Below, in pieces: positions 1 to 11,442 of a stretch of DNA of 64,000 nt (within the stretch, counting starts at the first letter, position 1; every line of letters begins with the position of its first letter). The position numbers were made by a program, and so were the translations under genes. Where the stretch lies: NCBI GenBank assembly GCA_965644495.1, contig CBFFSA010000016.1, positions 124,001 through 188,000 on the forward strand, in the 5' to 3' direction. This DNA is from Perkinsela sp. CCAP 1560/9. Its lineage: Eukaryota; Protista; Euglenozoa: Kinetoplastea. The notes under the pieces were generated by a model, which saw nothing but the letters and a program-made list of their open reading frames with translations, did no database searches and had not been told where the DNA came from.

Positions 1-441
1 GATGTGCGCACAGTGGATAACTACGCGCATTCGCCAACTCTCTGATCTGCTTTGGAATGCAGAATGCTTTCGGTGGAAATTTTGCAAGCGAGAATTGTAC
101 CGCGGCACGGTGGTTATGTTAGATGCTGAGTAGAAGTTTGTAAACGAGTGGAAATCTAGGCCAGATTGTTTGTGTACATTTTTTAAGGATGATGCTAGAG
201 ACAAAGAAGCAACAAAAGATTACCGCGACCGTATAAAGTGAGAACTTTACATTTCTGGGATCAGTAATGTAGGAAAGTGCCCAGCACATGCCAAGAAATC
301 GGATGTAACATATACAAAGCTAACGAAAAGTGAAATTCTGAGGAAAAATGAAAAGTTGAAACTCATACACGATGAAGAACAAACTTCCAAGAGAAAGTTT
401 CGCAAGTATTCCAATCAGATGGACAAGAAAATGTTTAATCA

Positions 442-1055
442 GAACGAATAATTTGGTGAAAGTGAAGCATTATTGCGCCAAAAAAATATTTTTCTCCAAT
501 TTTCAAATATTGGTTTGAAACAAGTATGTTTTCTTTTAGAGTGTCAGATTATTAAAAATACAAACTTTTTTCACGGTTTATCACTATGAACTGCGCACAA
601 TAACACAATTAATTAAGTTGTCTGCTGGAAGCCGAACCGTAACGCGCACTGATGGGTGGCGAGCGAGTCGCTCGCTGGGAAAAGACTTGCGGCATGAGAC
701 AGTTAATCGTCGACGATCTTTGGTGCACACCAACACTGTTGAACGCATGAGTGAGATACTCAAGAAGGCAGTACGATCCCGTGGGAATGGGACCCTTGGG
801 TGCTTTGATGAAGAAAGAAAAGATTGACCAAAGTTCAGCGGAGACGTCGTCAATGGTCTGAAGATCGGAAACAGCGAGGGAGATCCTTTAAAACAGCTGT
901 GCGAAGATCTCTAATTAATGTGAAGACTCATCTTTTTAGAAGCGAAATCAAAAGAAATAAGTAGTAGCGGCCCATAAACGTAAAAAGATATCTGCATTTA
1001 TTTTTTTCAAAAAAGGCGCAATAATGCTTCACTTTGACCAAAAATTTATTCGTTC
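442..1055. mobile_element. Degenerate inverted-repeat-bounded element (non-autonomous DNA transposon relic)
   Basis: Imperfect ~38-bp inverted repeats: GAACGAATAATTTGGTGAAAGTGAAGCATTATTGCGCC (442-479) vs GGCGCAATAATGCTTCACTTTGACCAAAAATTTATTCGTTC (1015-1055). Confidence 0.5.
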
Positions 1056-1425
1056 GTTATTATAATGTTATCAGAATCCGTGATACTATCCTCAGCGGTA
1101 AAAGAGTGGAGGAAGGCGGGTGTCCGCTAATTATTAGATAGGGTGATTTTTACTGAGAAAAAAGAATATCAGAATAATTTCAGTAAGGGCACGACGGAGG
1201 TCAAGTATTCTTCACTATTTCTGACTAAGTACTTTTCTTCACTACGTCAGAGTGGACTTCGCGGGTTTTGCCAGGTTTTGCCTTTCGTAGGTTTCAACCC
1301 TCTTAGTCAACTGAGGCAAGTCTAAAATAATTCGTAGTGGACACATCGTCCAAAGTTTATAATGATTAGAGGTCAAAGTTCTCATGGCCTCGAACAGGGG
1401 TCCGAATAACTTTATATAGTTTATA

Positions 1426-2179
1426 CAGTGGTTTCAGTTGATCTTGCCCCCCCCTCGGAATTTTGATTTTTTTGATCCGTTTTTGCTCATTGGAGTTTTT
1501 GCAGCATTGGAGAGATCTCATTCCCCTAGCGAAGAGCTTTGCCGCCTTTTTTTCATAGAGACCCCCTGGTGCCCCCTGGGTTCAAAAAGTACTGTTTTTA
1601 CGGAGTTTTTCTGTGTACACAACCATTTTTTGCCACATTTTCCCGATTTTCTGTGTATTTTGCACTTGTAAGTACGAGTGATAGCGTTCTAAATTGATAA
1701 TTTGAACGCTCTATGTCTAGTACCCTCTCTATTGCATAGTTCAATTTAGTCAACACCTCTACATTATGAAGATCAGACCCTCATACCCCAAACAGGGGGA
1801 GTACGTCGAACAAAGTAATGACAAAAGAGAAGACAACCCCACAATGTGTGCGACACAATTGAATTCGATCCCAAATAGACTTCGAAGCGTGTTGCAAAAC
1901 AATGGAAGCCATTCCGGACACTAGTTCTTTGCCTTCAGAGGTAACTTTTGGACATAAAATCCGTTTTTTGCTCTATTTTTCATAGGTAAAAAAATGTCAT
2001 TTGTTTTATTTTGGTCAACTTTCGGGTCACCCAGGGGGTGCCAGGGGGTCTCTATGAAAAAAAGGCGGCAAAGCTCTTCGCTAGGGGAACGAGATCTCTC
2101 CAATGCTGCAAAGATGAGCAAAAACGGATAAAAAAAATCAAAATTCCGAGGGGGGGGGCAAGATCAACTGAAACCACTG
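1426..2179. mobile_element. Non-autonomous Tc1/mariner-type element with ~155-bp TIRs
   Basis: TA|CAGTGGTTTCAGTTGATCTTGCCCC ... GGGGCAAGATCAACTGAAACCACTG|TA; long near-perfect inverted repeats (about 1426-1581 / 2029-2179); TA flanks; partial related sequence near 11060-11150. Confidence 0.85.
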
Positions 2180-2185
2180 TATATA

Positions 2186-2366
2186 CTGTCCCCCCCCTTT
2201 AAGCGCACCCGGTCAGACCCCCCCGTATAAGCGCACATAGAGTTGAAGGAAAGAGTCCGGCGCCGCGAATCGGCGCCAATTTTGTTTTTATGTAGTGATT
2301 CAGACCTCCCCCGTTTAAGCGCACTTTTCGCGGAAAACGAGGTGCGCTTAAACGGGGGGGGGACAG
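2186..2366. mobile_element. MITE (TA target)
   Basis: TA|CTGTCCCCCCCCCTTTAAGCGCACC ... GGTGCGCTTAAACGGGGGGGGGACAG|TA; internal TAAGCGCAC repeats. Confidence 0.8.
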
Positions 2367-2802
2367 TAGGTAGAAAAAATAAATATAGTTACTATAAAGT
2401 ACCTATACTACCTTTAAAGCTTTATGTACCTATATTTTTGGAGGTCGACTTTTTGTGAAATTTGGGTAGGAAATCTGTGCAATCTGGGTGCTCGGATCGG
2501 GGAGAGTAGGCCTTGTTGGAGGGAGTGGTTCTTCTGATTACCTAAAATACATATAGAAACAAATCTTGCAGAGTTATAGTTTTCAGGCAGAACATGAAGA
2601 GCAAGTTTCATCAGCATCAGATGTGGAAAACACTTCAGGCGTTCCAGGCCTGCTCTAATCATCGTTGACAAGCCATGCGCATCAAAAGTATAAAGAACGT
2701 GTAAGAAGAAAGTCAATGTTATCAAAACGAAGAGTAAAAAAATTATGATTATTGACTGGTCATCTAAAACAACAGCATTTCACCGAAAGCAACGATATAC
2801 GT

Positions 2803-3120
2803 TTATTTGCTGACGATAAGGTTAAAAACAGGTATACACGTATACCTCTTGTTGTATGGATGAATGACGAAATCTATTGAAGCGCAACATCTCAGGTTAC
2901 AATATGTGTCAACATCACAATTTGTGACGCCTACAGGTTGCTTTACACGACATCGAATGGCAGTTTCAGCCTCAACAGGTTCAAGCTTCAGTCTTGAGCG
3001 AAGATCAGAGTGCACAAAGCCTACTGAGCTAAATATGCGCTCGCAGGCTGCTTCAGAAGTAACTGCAACCGACCATTTTCGAGCAACGTGTGACAGAAGG
3101 GAAAACGTATGTCGGGTCAC
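2803..3120 (-). pseudogene. hAT transposase C-terminal dimerisation-domain fragment
   Basis: FSLLSHVARKWSVAVTSEAACERIFSSVGFVHSDLRSRL matches the hAT dimerisation motif (S..CER.FS....R.RL); no upstream transposase body. Confidence 0.75.
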
Positions 3121-3291
3121 AAGATCAATTTTCCGCTTTTCCGGTGCACTGCAGAGTTGGCATTCATGTTCATGTATGTCCGCTTCCCGGCCTCCACCTC
3201 CTTATAATGAGACTCAACAATTCAGCGCGACTTTCTGGGTTACTATCCGAGCGTCTAGGCATTGAAAAATTTCAAAAAAATAGTACGATTA

Positions 3292-4144
3292 CAGTGCAAA
3301 TCATTGACAAAAAAATAAAGGTAGATAAAGGTAGGGAAAAATTTCACACCAGCATTGGACCGTCCAAGACTGGAAGCGGGTACTTTGGACGGATGAAACC
3401 AAAGTACATCGTTTCGGTTCGGATGGGAGACGCTGGGTGTGGCGTCTGGTGAATGAGAAGCCCGATTCCCGGAACACGGAAGGGACGGTGAAGTATTGTG
3501 GCGGGAGCTTGATGGTATGGGCGTGCATTGCGCACGCAGGGGTAGGCAAGATACATCTAAGTGAGGGCAATTTAAACGCCCATCAGTACATTGAAATTCT
3601 GCACGAAAATATTGTCTCCTCCATTGAGCAAGTGGGGCTAGACCGGGGCGAGATCTTGTTTCAACAAGACAATGACTCCAAACACACTAGCAAGCTTGTC
3701 AAAGAGTGGTTGGCGAGCCATAGCTATGTGGTTTTGAAGTGGTCCCCGCAATCCACAGATCTTATTGAGAACATCTGGGGCCACTTAAAACGGCGTCTCC
3801 CTGCTTATAAAAAGGACCCCGAGGGAATAATTCAGCTTTGGGGCCGGGCCAAAGTTGTGTGGGATGTACTTCCCTGTGCCATGTGCGAGTCTACAGTGAG
3901 CAGCATGCCTTGCCGTATGAGAGCGGTGATTGTTGCAAAAGGGGGGCATACAAAATATTAGTTTTACCTTGTTTTAAACAAGGTTTAAACAGTTTACTAA
4001 TCAAGAAATTTTACCGTTTACTAATCAAGAAATAATGACTACATAACCCCCATATGATAACTACAGTACTTGTCTTTCAGTTCAAAGATAATCACTCAAA
4101 AAAATACTGTTTCATAACATTGAGACATTTTCTAACTTTCACTG
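3292..4144 (+). mobile_element. Internally deleted Tc1-family transposon carrying the DDE transposase domain (coding about 3344-3961)
   Basis: In-frame HWTVQDWKRVLWTDETK ... GGSLMVWACI ... FQQDNDSKHTS ... WSPQSTDLIENIWGHLKRRL ... SMPCRMRAVIVAKGGHTKY; possible ends TA|CAGTG (3292) and CACTG|TA (4144); N-terminal HTH missing. Confidence 0.85.
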
Positions 4145-4408
4145 TATCTTACAGATTGTTTTACTCAGAATGATGGTTACAGATTGTAACTCCAACGCCT
4201 GGACGAGGATTCGCCGACTGTTGTTCCCCAAATGCTGATTACATGACATACGTACGTACGTGGAATTTTTGTCTACGCTTCGCGGATGCACATAACACTG
4301 ATTTATTGGATCATTAACTCATCCGGTGTAATAGCAAGGCGCTAAATAACGAGGGAGAGCAATCGCGCGGACACAAATCTGTTGTGATTGGAAGAATATG
4401 GCAAAATA

Positions 4409-5484
4409 CCGTTACCCCCTTTACTTAGCCCCCACTTTTTGGTCCAAAACCCGTACTTTGTGGTGAAGTAAGGGGGGTGGTGAAGTAAGGGGGTGAATAA
4501 GTGATTCAAAGTTCGATCAATTTATAGTTCTCTCGGAAATCCTCAAATTATTGAAGTAAACTATGCTATCGACATTGAGCATAATTTCCTTTTCTTGAGT
4601 GCTGTAATCCCTCGTGTTGCATTCTATATTTTATGTTTCTTTTAACTTGTCTACGATGTCCCATGCGTTTTTAACTTTCCCCCCATGAAATTTTCTTACA
4701 TCGTAAAATTTAAATGAGGGGCTGCGGATATGATCTCGCGTGATCTCACGTGATCTCGCATGATTTCACGTGATCTCGCGTGATCTCATATTGGGTCTCA
4801 CCCGCAGCCCCGCAAATGATGTCGCAGAACATAACCTATTGAACACCAATTTAAATTTTAGAACTACAAGACGTTGTGGCGCAACTTTATGATCAAAGCG
4901 ATGATGAAACTCACATGGAAGAAAACCGTTCTGAATTAGAAATCGTTCAACGAATCTAAGTCATTTCGGACATCTTCCGATCGGTCACTGGCAGGACAGA
5001 CCCTTCACAGATAAATTTTGAAGTTTCGATGCCGAAGTCCTCTACCTGTTTTCGTTAGTACAAGGCGGCAACAACGTTCTGCTACCAACCCGTTGCGTCG
5101 ACGAACCCAAGACAATCTTCAAAAGTTATCATTCCTTCAGCTAAGTAGCATTCTTGTAGCCGTTAAATTTCCTCCTCGGAACGTTAAACCGGACTGTGGT
5201 TTAAAATTCCGGTATGACGGCGTCGTCTTCACCAAGAAATTTGCACCAAGAACCTTTGTGCATCGATCTTTGTGCGCCATCAGTGTCGCCCCCTTTGAAG
5301 ACCACTGGGCTTGGCTCTGCCTCGCCTTACCCCGATGCAACAGTCGGTTGCAGTGCACCCCTCCGGCTGTGTAAAGAGGTGGTAAGCTGTCTGGGGAAAA
5401 ATCTGACACCCCCCTTACTTCACCGCACGTCCAGTGACTAAATATGGTGAAGTAAGAGGGGAGGCGAAGTAAGGGGGGGAACGG
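4409..5484. mobile_element. Non-autonomous TIR element (TA target) with a nested small IR/minisatellite at about 4716-4811
   Basis: TA|CCGTTACCCCCTTTACTTAGCC ... GGCGAAGTAAGGGGGGGAACGG|TA; subterminal GGTGAAGTAAGGGG repeats; nested GGGGCTGCGG..(TGATCTCRCG)n..CCGCAGCCCC. Confidence 0.7.
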
Positions 5485-5590
5485 TATTGTCGTTTTGACG
5501 GTGCGCCCCCCCTCTGTGCAAGGCAAAACTAAAGGAGGTAAAAAATGTACCGTAAAATGACAATAAGAAATCTGTACTTAAGCATTTTCA

Positions 5591-6643
5591 CTACCACTTT
5601 TTAGATCGCAGCGAGCGTCGAACGCTTTCTGAAACTTCAACGAATATTTTTTCTGCACCGTCTACAGTTACCATTTTCATATTGTGCAGTATATCAGATA
5701 AAATGGACGAAAAGGATCGTGAAATTGATTTATGGGACTCGAATACCTCATTTAAATTAATGTTAGAAGTGTCTACTTCAAAGTCGTCTGTTTCGAAGTG
5801 TTTAAATTGCACATCAGTACATCGTGTGGCAGACTCCTATTTTGCCGAGTCTCCGTAATAACAAATAAAGTTTTTCGTTGCCTTGCGTAGGTAGAAGGCA
5901 TAAGTTCTGAACGCACAAGCGGGTACAACTCTTCCGTAACATGGGCGTGTTGTTGAAGGTACAAAAATCCCTCTATGGAGGATAGCATTTCTCGCCTTGC
6001 CACATGGAGCGACAGAGGGCACACGTGCAGCAACGCCAGTGCCCAGGCCGTGCCACTAACATGAACGAATTGCTCTTGATGAGGAATACAATACGTTACG
6101 TGGGAAACTCCATGAGACTTGTTCATTTCATTCTTCTTTGTGTCCGCATATTCCTGTAGAACTCTAGTGTCCACTGCATGTGCCACAGTCGCTGAGTCTG
6201 ATGGAAGACAGTCCAGGCAGACGACACAAAAACGTCCCCCATCTAGAATAAGAACAGCAGCGTCACAAGCGTGGGATCCGTGACGGCTGGATTTCTCTGC
6301 AATGGTTGTCGGGGCACACACAGCCCCCTGGGGTATTCCATATATCGGGTCGGAAGAGTGAAGATCCCAATGAAACGCGTGCAGCAACGCACAACAGAGT
6401 TGATACACCAGTTCATTCTTCTAAAGTAGGAAACGGGATTCCACTTTGCGACGGTGAAAAATTGCTTTCTTCGCTGGCACGTGTGGCACGTAAAATTACT
6501 TTAATAATCGGTTGACGAGCTGAAGTCGTCGTCTGAACATTCGTGCTCGGACGTTTATCTTTCTTTTCTTTTTTTCCTTGGCGTCTGTAACGACGTTGTA
6601 CTCTGTTTTCTGACTCGCTTGATACTACATCTTTTTTCCTCAT
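5591..6643 (-). CDS. Hypothetical protein region split over three ORFs (6413-6643, 5773-6408, 5591-5812); possibly one frameshifted or degenerate gene
   Basis: Adjacent or overlapping ORFs on the same strand as the gene cluster; no family recognised. Confidence 0.3.
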
Positions 6644-6944
6644 AACGGCGCATCGTTACCACGTGAACGAAACGACCTTGTACCTGTCAGAAAGTGACAT
6701 CTATGCAAGCCATGTACCTGTGTCAAAGGAAAATTCTGTTGGTTAACAATATGGCATAACAATGAACCATAATTTTATGTCAAATATTATGCGGAAAGAT
6801 GAATACGTTTGCCATGTGTACAAGTTCATAGGTCAAAAAACCTGTTTGCTTACCTGCGTCTAACACTAATAATGTGATTCAGGCAATATGTTATGGGAAA
6901 GCAGATTACAGAAAAAACTTTCTGTTCTGCGTGCCTCACGGAGG

Positions 6945-8072
6945 TCACACTTCCATTGCAATCTTGTCCACCGCAGACCGAAAGAACGCCTCCCCAAGTT
7001 GTTGTTTCGTAGTCAAGTGCTCTGTGCCGTACCGGCGAAGTGTCTCGTCCAGCACTTCCCACGTCATAATGGCATCCGTTAGTGCTCGGTGTGCCTTCGT
7101 CCCTCCAAGGGGTAAACCCAGCCAACGCTTTAAGTCAATTAGACCCCATGCCGGGGGTAGATGGTTGCTGGTCACGGGACGACGCCTGTGACGGTCCCGA
7201 ATTAACCCAGAGGTGTCACCAAAAGTAATCTCTGGAGGGACCGGGAGATCGCACTGCTTGCAATCCCATTTAAGCATACTCACATCTGCAAGCCTTCCCC
7301 CATGGGAGAGCAGTAAGAATTTTAAGGAGGAATTAAGTGAGGGGATGGCATCGGAGGTGGGAGAGATCTCCTTGTCATCTAATAGTGTATCTTCGCTGTT
7401 TTCTGTGCTTTCAGTCCCCGACGATGAAGTTTGCTCCAAACGCAAATAAGGTTCATTTGCACCGAGAGACAAGGGCAAAGGTAATTGAGTGAGCCAACGT
7501 AGGAAACTAATCCATACGGCGCGATAGGGTACTCCTTGCTTGGCGATATCTTTCTTTGTAATGCCTGTGAGGTCAACTGATTTTTGACTTATCTCCTGAC
7601 TTCGAGAATTCGAAACAAAACGCTGAAATTTCTTACCTGACTCGGGATGATATGCCCCAAATTCAACGATGCTAGCCGTGGGTCCCTCTTGTGTAAATCG
7701 GGGAATATCCGTGAATTCGAGATCAAAAGTGATAAGCTGAAACGGAACGGCGTAGAGCTTTTCGTAGTGCAGCTGCAACAGCAGCTTTGCTAGCTCGCGA
7801 GGGCCTTTGTCCAGGAGCTCACCCTCGGTTACACCTGTTTTACGAAGCTCCGGTTGGAATTTACACATAATTTCGGAGCGAGACTTAGATACTGAGGGAA
7901 CGTGTCCTTTGCGGAGACGTTGATACAGGACTTCCCACTTATCACCCGTACCCACTTTAAGGGATACAAGCGCCAGACAGGATCTTCTCATTAATGTCAA
8001 ATACGTATTACGAAAATAAGGATATAGAATAACAAGTGTATGTATTTCCCTTATGTTTTCATTCTCTCTCAT
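6945..8072 (-). CDS. DEDDh (RNase T/DnaQ-like) 3'-5' exonuclease; probable start ATG 7991 (MRRSCLAL, mitochondrial-targeting-like)
   Basis: ExoI ITFDLEFT, IVEFGA; ExoII LLSHGGRLADV; FGDT; ExoIII AHRALTDA. Confidence 0.85.
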   Translation of the reverse strand: MRENENIREIHTLVILYPYFRNTYLTLMRRSCLALVSLKVGTGDKWEVLYQRLRKGHVPSVSKSRSEIMCKFQPELRKTGVTEGELLDKGPRELAKLLLQLHYEKLYAVPFQLITFDLEFTDIPRFTQEGPTASIVEFGAYHPESGKKFQRFVSNSRSQEISQKSVDLTGITKKDIAKQGVPYRAVWISFLRWLTQLPLPLSLGANEPYLRLEQTSSSGTESTENSEDTLLDDKEISPTSDAIPSLNSSLKFLLLSHGGRLADVSMLKWDCKQCDLPVPPEITFGDTSGLIRDRHRRRPVTSNHLPPAWGLIDLKRWLGLPLGGTKAHRALTDAIMTWEVLDETLRRYGTEHLTTKQQLGEAFFRSAVDKIAMEV

Positions 8073-9239
8073 TCAAATACACGAATCTGCATTTTACGAT
8101 AAATACATGGTCATGGTCATGGTCAGCCGCCCATTTGGCCTCGAAAGGCTGTGGGCCCTCAACCATCCAGATGAGGTGGCTGACAGCTCAGGTATATTCC
8201 GAGCCGTCACCGCTCCTTTCGGAGCAGCTTGCATAGCCAATTGCAGCTCGCCGCGATTGACCTTCGTTCAGGATGGGAGCAAGAGACGCAGTGAGGCTAG
8301 GCCACACACTATCCAGCGATCCCCATGTAGGGGGGCAACCAAATCTCTTCGCGCCCCCACACGGGGGAGGTAGGAAGGTGGCGACGGTGTAGTCGCGCTT
8401 CCCATTAGTCCTAGAACTATTGACATCCGTAACCAGCTCGGGAGGCTGGGGTCGCTAAGCCCCATCATCCGACGTGAGTCGGACGCCCTTACCGTTGATG
8501 TATAATGGATACTACCCTAGTTTCTTAACGTCTTGTTGTGCTGACGCCGGGTAGCTCCATACTCGGAAAATGCGGTGGGTAGAGCTACGGGTAGCGCGGC
8601 TGGTGGTGCGGCGGGGAGCGCAGTGGTGAGCGTGGCGGGGAGAGCGGCGGGTCGCGCGGCGTGTGGGGAGAGCGGCGGGGAGCGTGGCTGAGAGAAGGGG
8701 CACATGGGGGGGTGTCAACAAGGTACAGAATAAAATACAAGCCAACGAGGTACAGTACTGTACATAAATACATGAACAATATACTCTCCCTCTCATTAAT
8801 TTTTATAAATGACCTTTGGTATTTTTTTGCAAAAATTTATGTTTCTACAAAAATTTACAATTTTTTTCAGAGTCATATCCTTTTATGTTTTTCTAAAGTA
8901 GATTATTTCTATATCCCCGAAACGTTTGGACCGCACTTCGGACAACGGTCTTGGCTTTTATTTTTCCCCGCAGCGCATCGCTGATTACGAAGAAATTCGT
9001 AGAAATCAGCGTACAATCACGTTTGTGGAGACGAAGGGACAGGAGGAATTTTCTCCAGAAAGTACAGATCTGCCTTTTGTACATTAGCCCTCCCTTCATT
9101 ACTCTATGGGCGCTTAAGCAAATATTTATAGTTAACATCTCATAATTATCCTCGCTTACCCGCAATCTATCCTTACAGCGAAACAAATTGGTTCATCCTA
9201 TCATCTAAAGTGTTGTATATCACCCTCCTTCCACCTACC

Positions 9240-9324
9240 CTCTCTCATTAATTTTTATAATTATAAATATAAATATATATTTACATTTTTGTTATAATTT
9301 ATATTTATAAAAATTAATGAGAGG
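9240..9324. repeat. AT-rich hairpin/MITE-like inverted repeat; one arm recurs at about 8789-8810
   Basis: CTCTCATTAATTTTTATAA ... TTATAAAAATTAATGAGAG. Confidence 0.55.
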
Positions 9325-9489
9325 GGGGGTAAAGACAAACCTTAACTGCAATAAAATACCTCTCGCTAAAATACCTATCCACCAGTGGACATTATTCAGC
9401 GGGGTTTACACTTAGAGAAGAGTGCCGATTCCAGAGTTTCAAGAATTTCCTGCACGACACTTCTTCGACCGCTCTGAGTCGAAATTGGT

Positions 9490-10506
9490 TCATCTCTTTA
9501 ATGAAACACAAAGATGAGATTGTGCACTACAGGCAGCCATCTTAACAACATCAAAAGCTGTCGGCCGTGCCGATGGGCTAGGATGGATCATTAATTCCAA
9601 AAAGATACGAAGGCCTTCGCTAAGATGGTGAATTCCTAGGAGTTTACCTTGCAGAAGTGAATTACAAATAGCTTCATCAATATCCTTTTCATGTCCAAGA
9701 GCCAACTCAAAGACACTGCTCCCTAGGGCGTAAATATCTGCCTCGCACCAGTGTGTGTTTTCTCTAAGGAATGTTGGACACAGATATCTCTTGTCTCCCT
9801 CTTCATCGCAAGGCATCTGGTAGTGACAGTTAGTCTCACGTTCCCCGTATGCTTCCACGTCAAAGCATCTCGCATGGCCGAAGTCACCAAGCTTAAAAAC
9901 ACGTTTTCCGCACAGATATCTGACATAAACATTATCCATTTTCACGTCGAGATGGCAATATCCCTTAGAATGAAGATATTGAAGTGCAAGGGCTACCTGA
10001 AACAAAATATCCCAAAGTTCTCGTTCGGACCAGTTATATTCTCCGCAAGGGTAGCGTTTCTTTACCGACCCCTCTTCACAGTACTCCGTGCGAATATGAA
10101 GCTGCGCATCTTCAAGCCAACTCTCATAATATCTAAGAATATGAGCATGTCCTTGGCACGCAGACAACGCATATACTTCCTGCATCCGTCTGAGACACTC
10201 GGAATTTCCACGAATCGTCGCTCGAATTTGCTTAATCGCGAATACCTTGCCTTCCAGCAAGTGATAAGCTTTCCACACAGTGGCGAAGTGCCCATTGTCA
10301 AGAATATCCACATCCGAATATTCCTTCCAAAGTTTCTTAATGCCTAGTGTGGAGTTCAGCTCGCTCATGTCTGAGCTTGATACTGATTCTCTAAGGCACG
10401 ACATTGTATGTGGTGGGCTTTCGCACAGCGCCTCCGTATCCTCGGGCAAGGATGTTCTCGACAGAAAGCGTTTTAAGGGATGTTGAATGGTCATGAACGT
10501 ACGCAA
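9490..10506 (-). CDS. WEE1: Wee1/Myt1-family protein kinase
   Basis: NGHFATV, FAIKQ, QEVYAL, HILRYYESW, HLDVKMDN, KLGDFG and the Wee1-type EEGDKRYL activation segment. Confidence 0.8.
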   Translation of the reverse strand: MRTFMTIQHPLKRFLSRTSLPEDTEALCESPPHTMSCLRESVSSSDMSELNSTLGIKKLWKEYSDVDILDNGHFATVWKAYHLLEGKVFAIKQIRATIRGNSECLRRMQEVYALSACQGHAHILRYYESWLEDAQLHIRTEYCEEGSVKKRYPCGEYNWSERELWDILFQVALALQYLHSKGYCHLDVKMDNVYVRYLCGKRVFKLGDFGHARCFDVEAYGERETNCHYQMPCDEEGDKRYLCPTFLRENTHWCEADIYALGSSVFELALGHEKDIDEAICNSLLQGKLLGIHHLSEGLRIFLELMIHPSPSARPTAFDVVKMAACSAQSHLCVSLKR

Positions 10507-11442
10507 GTGTGCTAACCGACAGTTCTGAAATTAAAAACATAACTTACCTTTTATGACAGTAAACCCGCTAAAGCATACAGTATATAGTAACATACAGTGT
10601 ATAGTAAGAAATAATCTTGTCTGTTGGCTATTTACATATTTATCGTACTGCTTAAAATTTGGCTACATGCTTAAATGGTACTCCGTATGAGGGGTGTGGG
10701 TGGTGTCGCGCGAAGCAGCGCGAAATCGAGGCTTACATTTGGCCCTCCAAGGTCTTGCTGGATATTAATGTGCGGTAGAAATATTCGTTTTTTTATATTT
10801 TCAAGTCACTTACGATGCGAAGGAAGTAATTTATACAATGGACTTACATCCGGTAAATACAAAACATTGTATAAAATGTACATCCAGTTTGCTTTCTCTA
10901 CCCTGATCGCAAAAACAGGAAAATGAAGAAAGAAATCAAAATGTAAGAAGAGTTTTTCTGGATTGCAAGTTATGATCTTGGCAGTACCGAATGTTATGAT
11001 CTTGGTAGTACCGAAAGTGAACATACACCCATGGACACAAGTGTGCCCCCTGCGAAGCAAATGTCGATTTTTCATCATTTTTTGCTCTTTTTGGTAGAAT
11101 TCGAGAGATCTCGTTCCCCTAGTGAAGATCTTTTTCGCCATTTTTTCAGTGAAAGGTACACAAGACTTGAAATCATTTCTTGAATGGAACCCACTGGACG
11201 TCCCTGCGAAAAGGAGAAGACTTTTTGCTCCGAGAACATGTATGGAGATCCCTTTCTGGAATCGCTCTGGGGACTCTAATGTTTATGGCAACTGAGACAG
11301 TGTCAAGACCGCACTGAATCCCGATCCCCATCACCTCATATTTTTACATGCGGCAAAAAGATTGTTTCTCGACTGTTCGACAAATTTCGAAGCACGAATA
11401 AATAAGGAAACAATAGTATGCATTTACTTGTCAAAGAGTATT

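Noticed and set aside
8110-8500. GC-rich segment as a retroelement coding fragment
   Set aside because: Only a vague motif resemblance in one frame; could not be aligned to any element in the window
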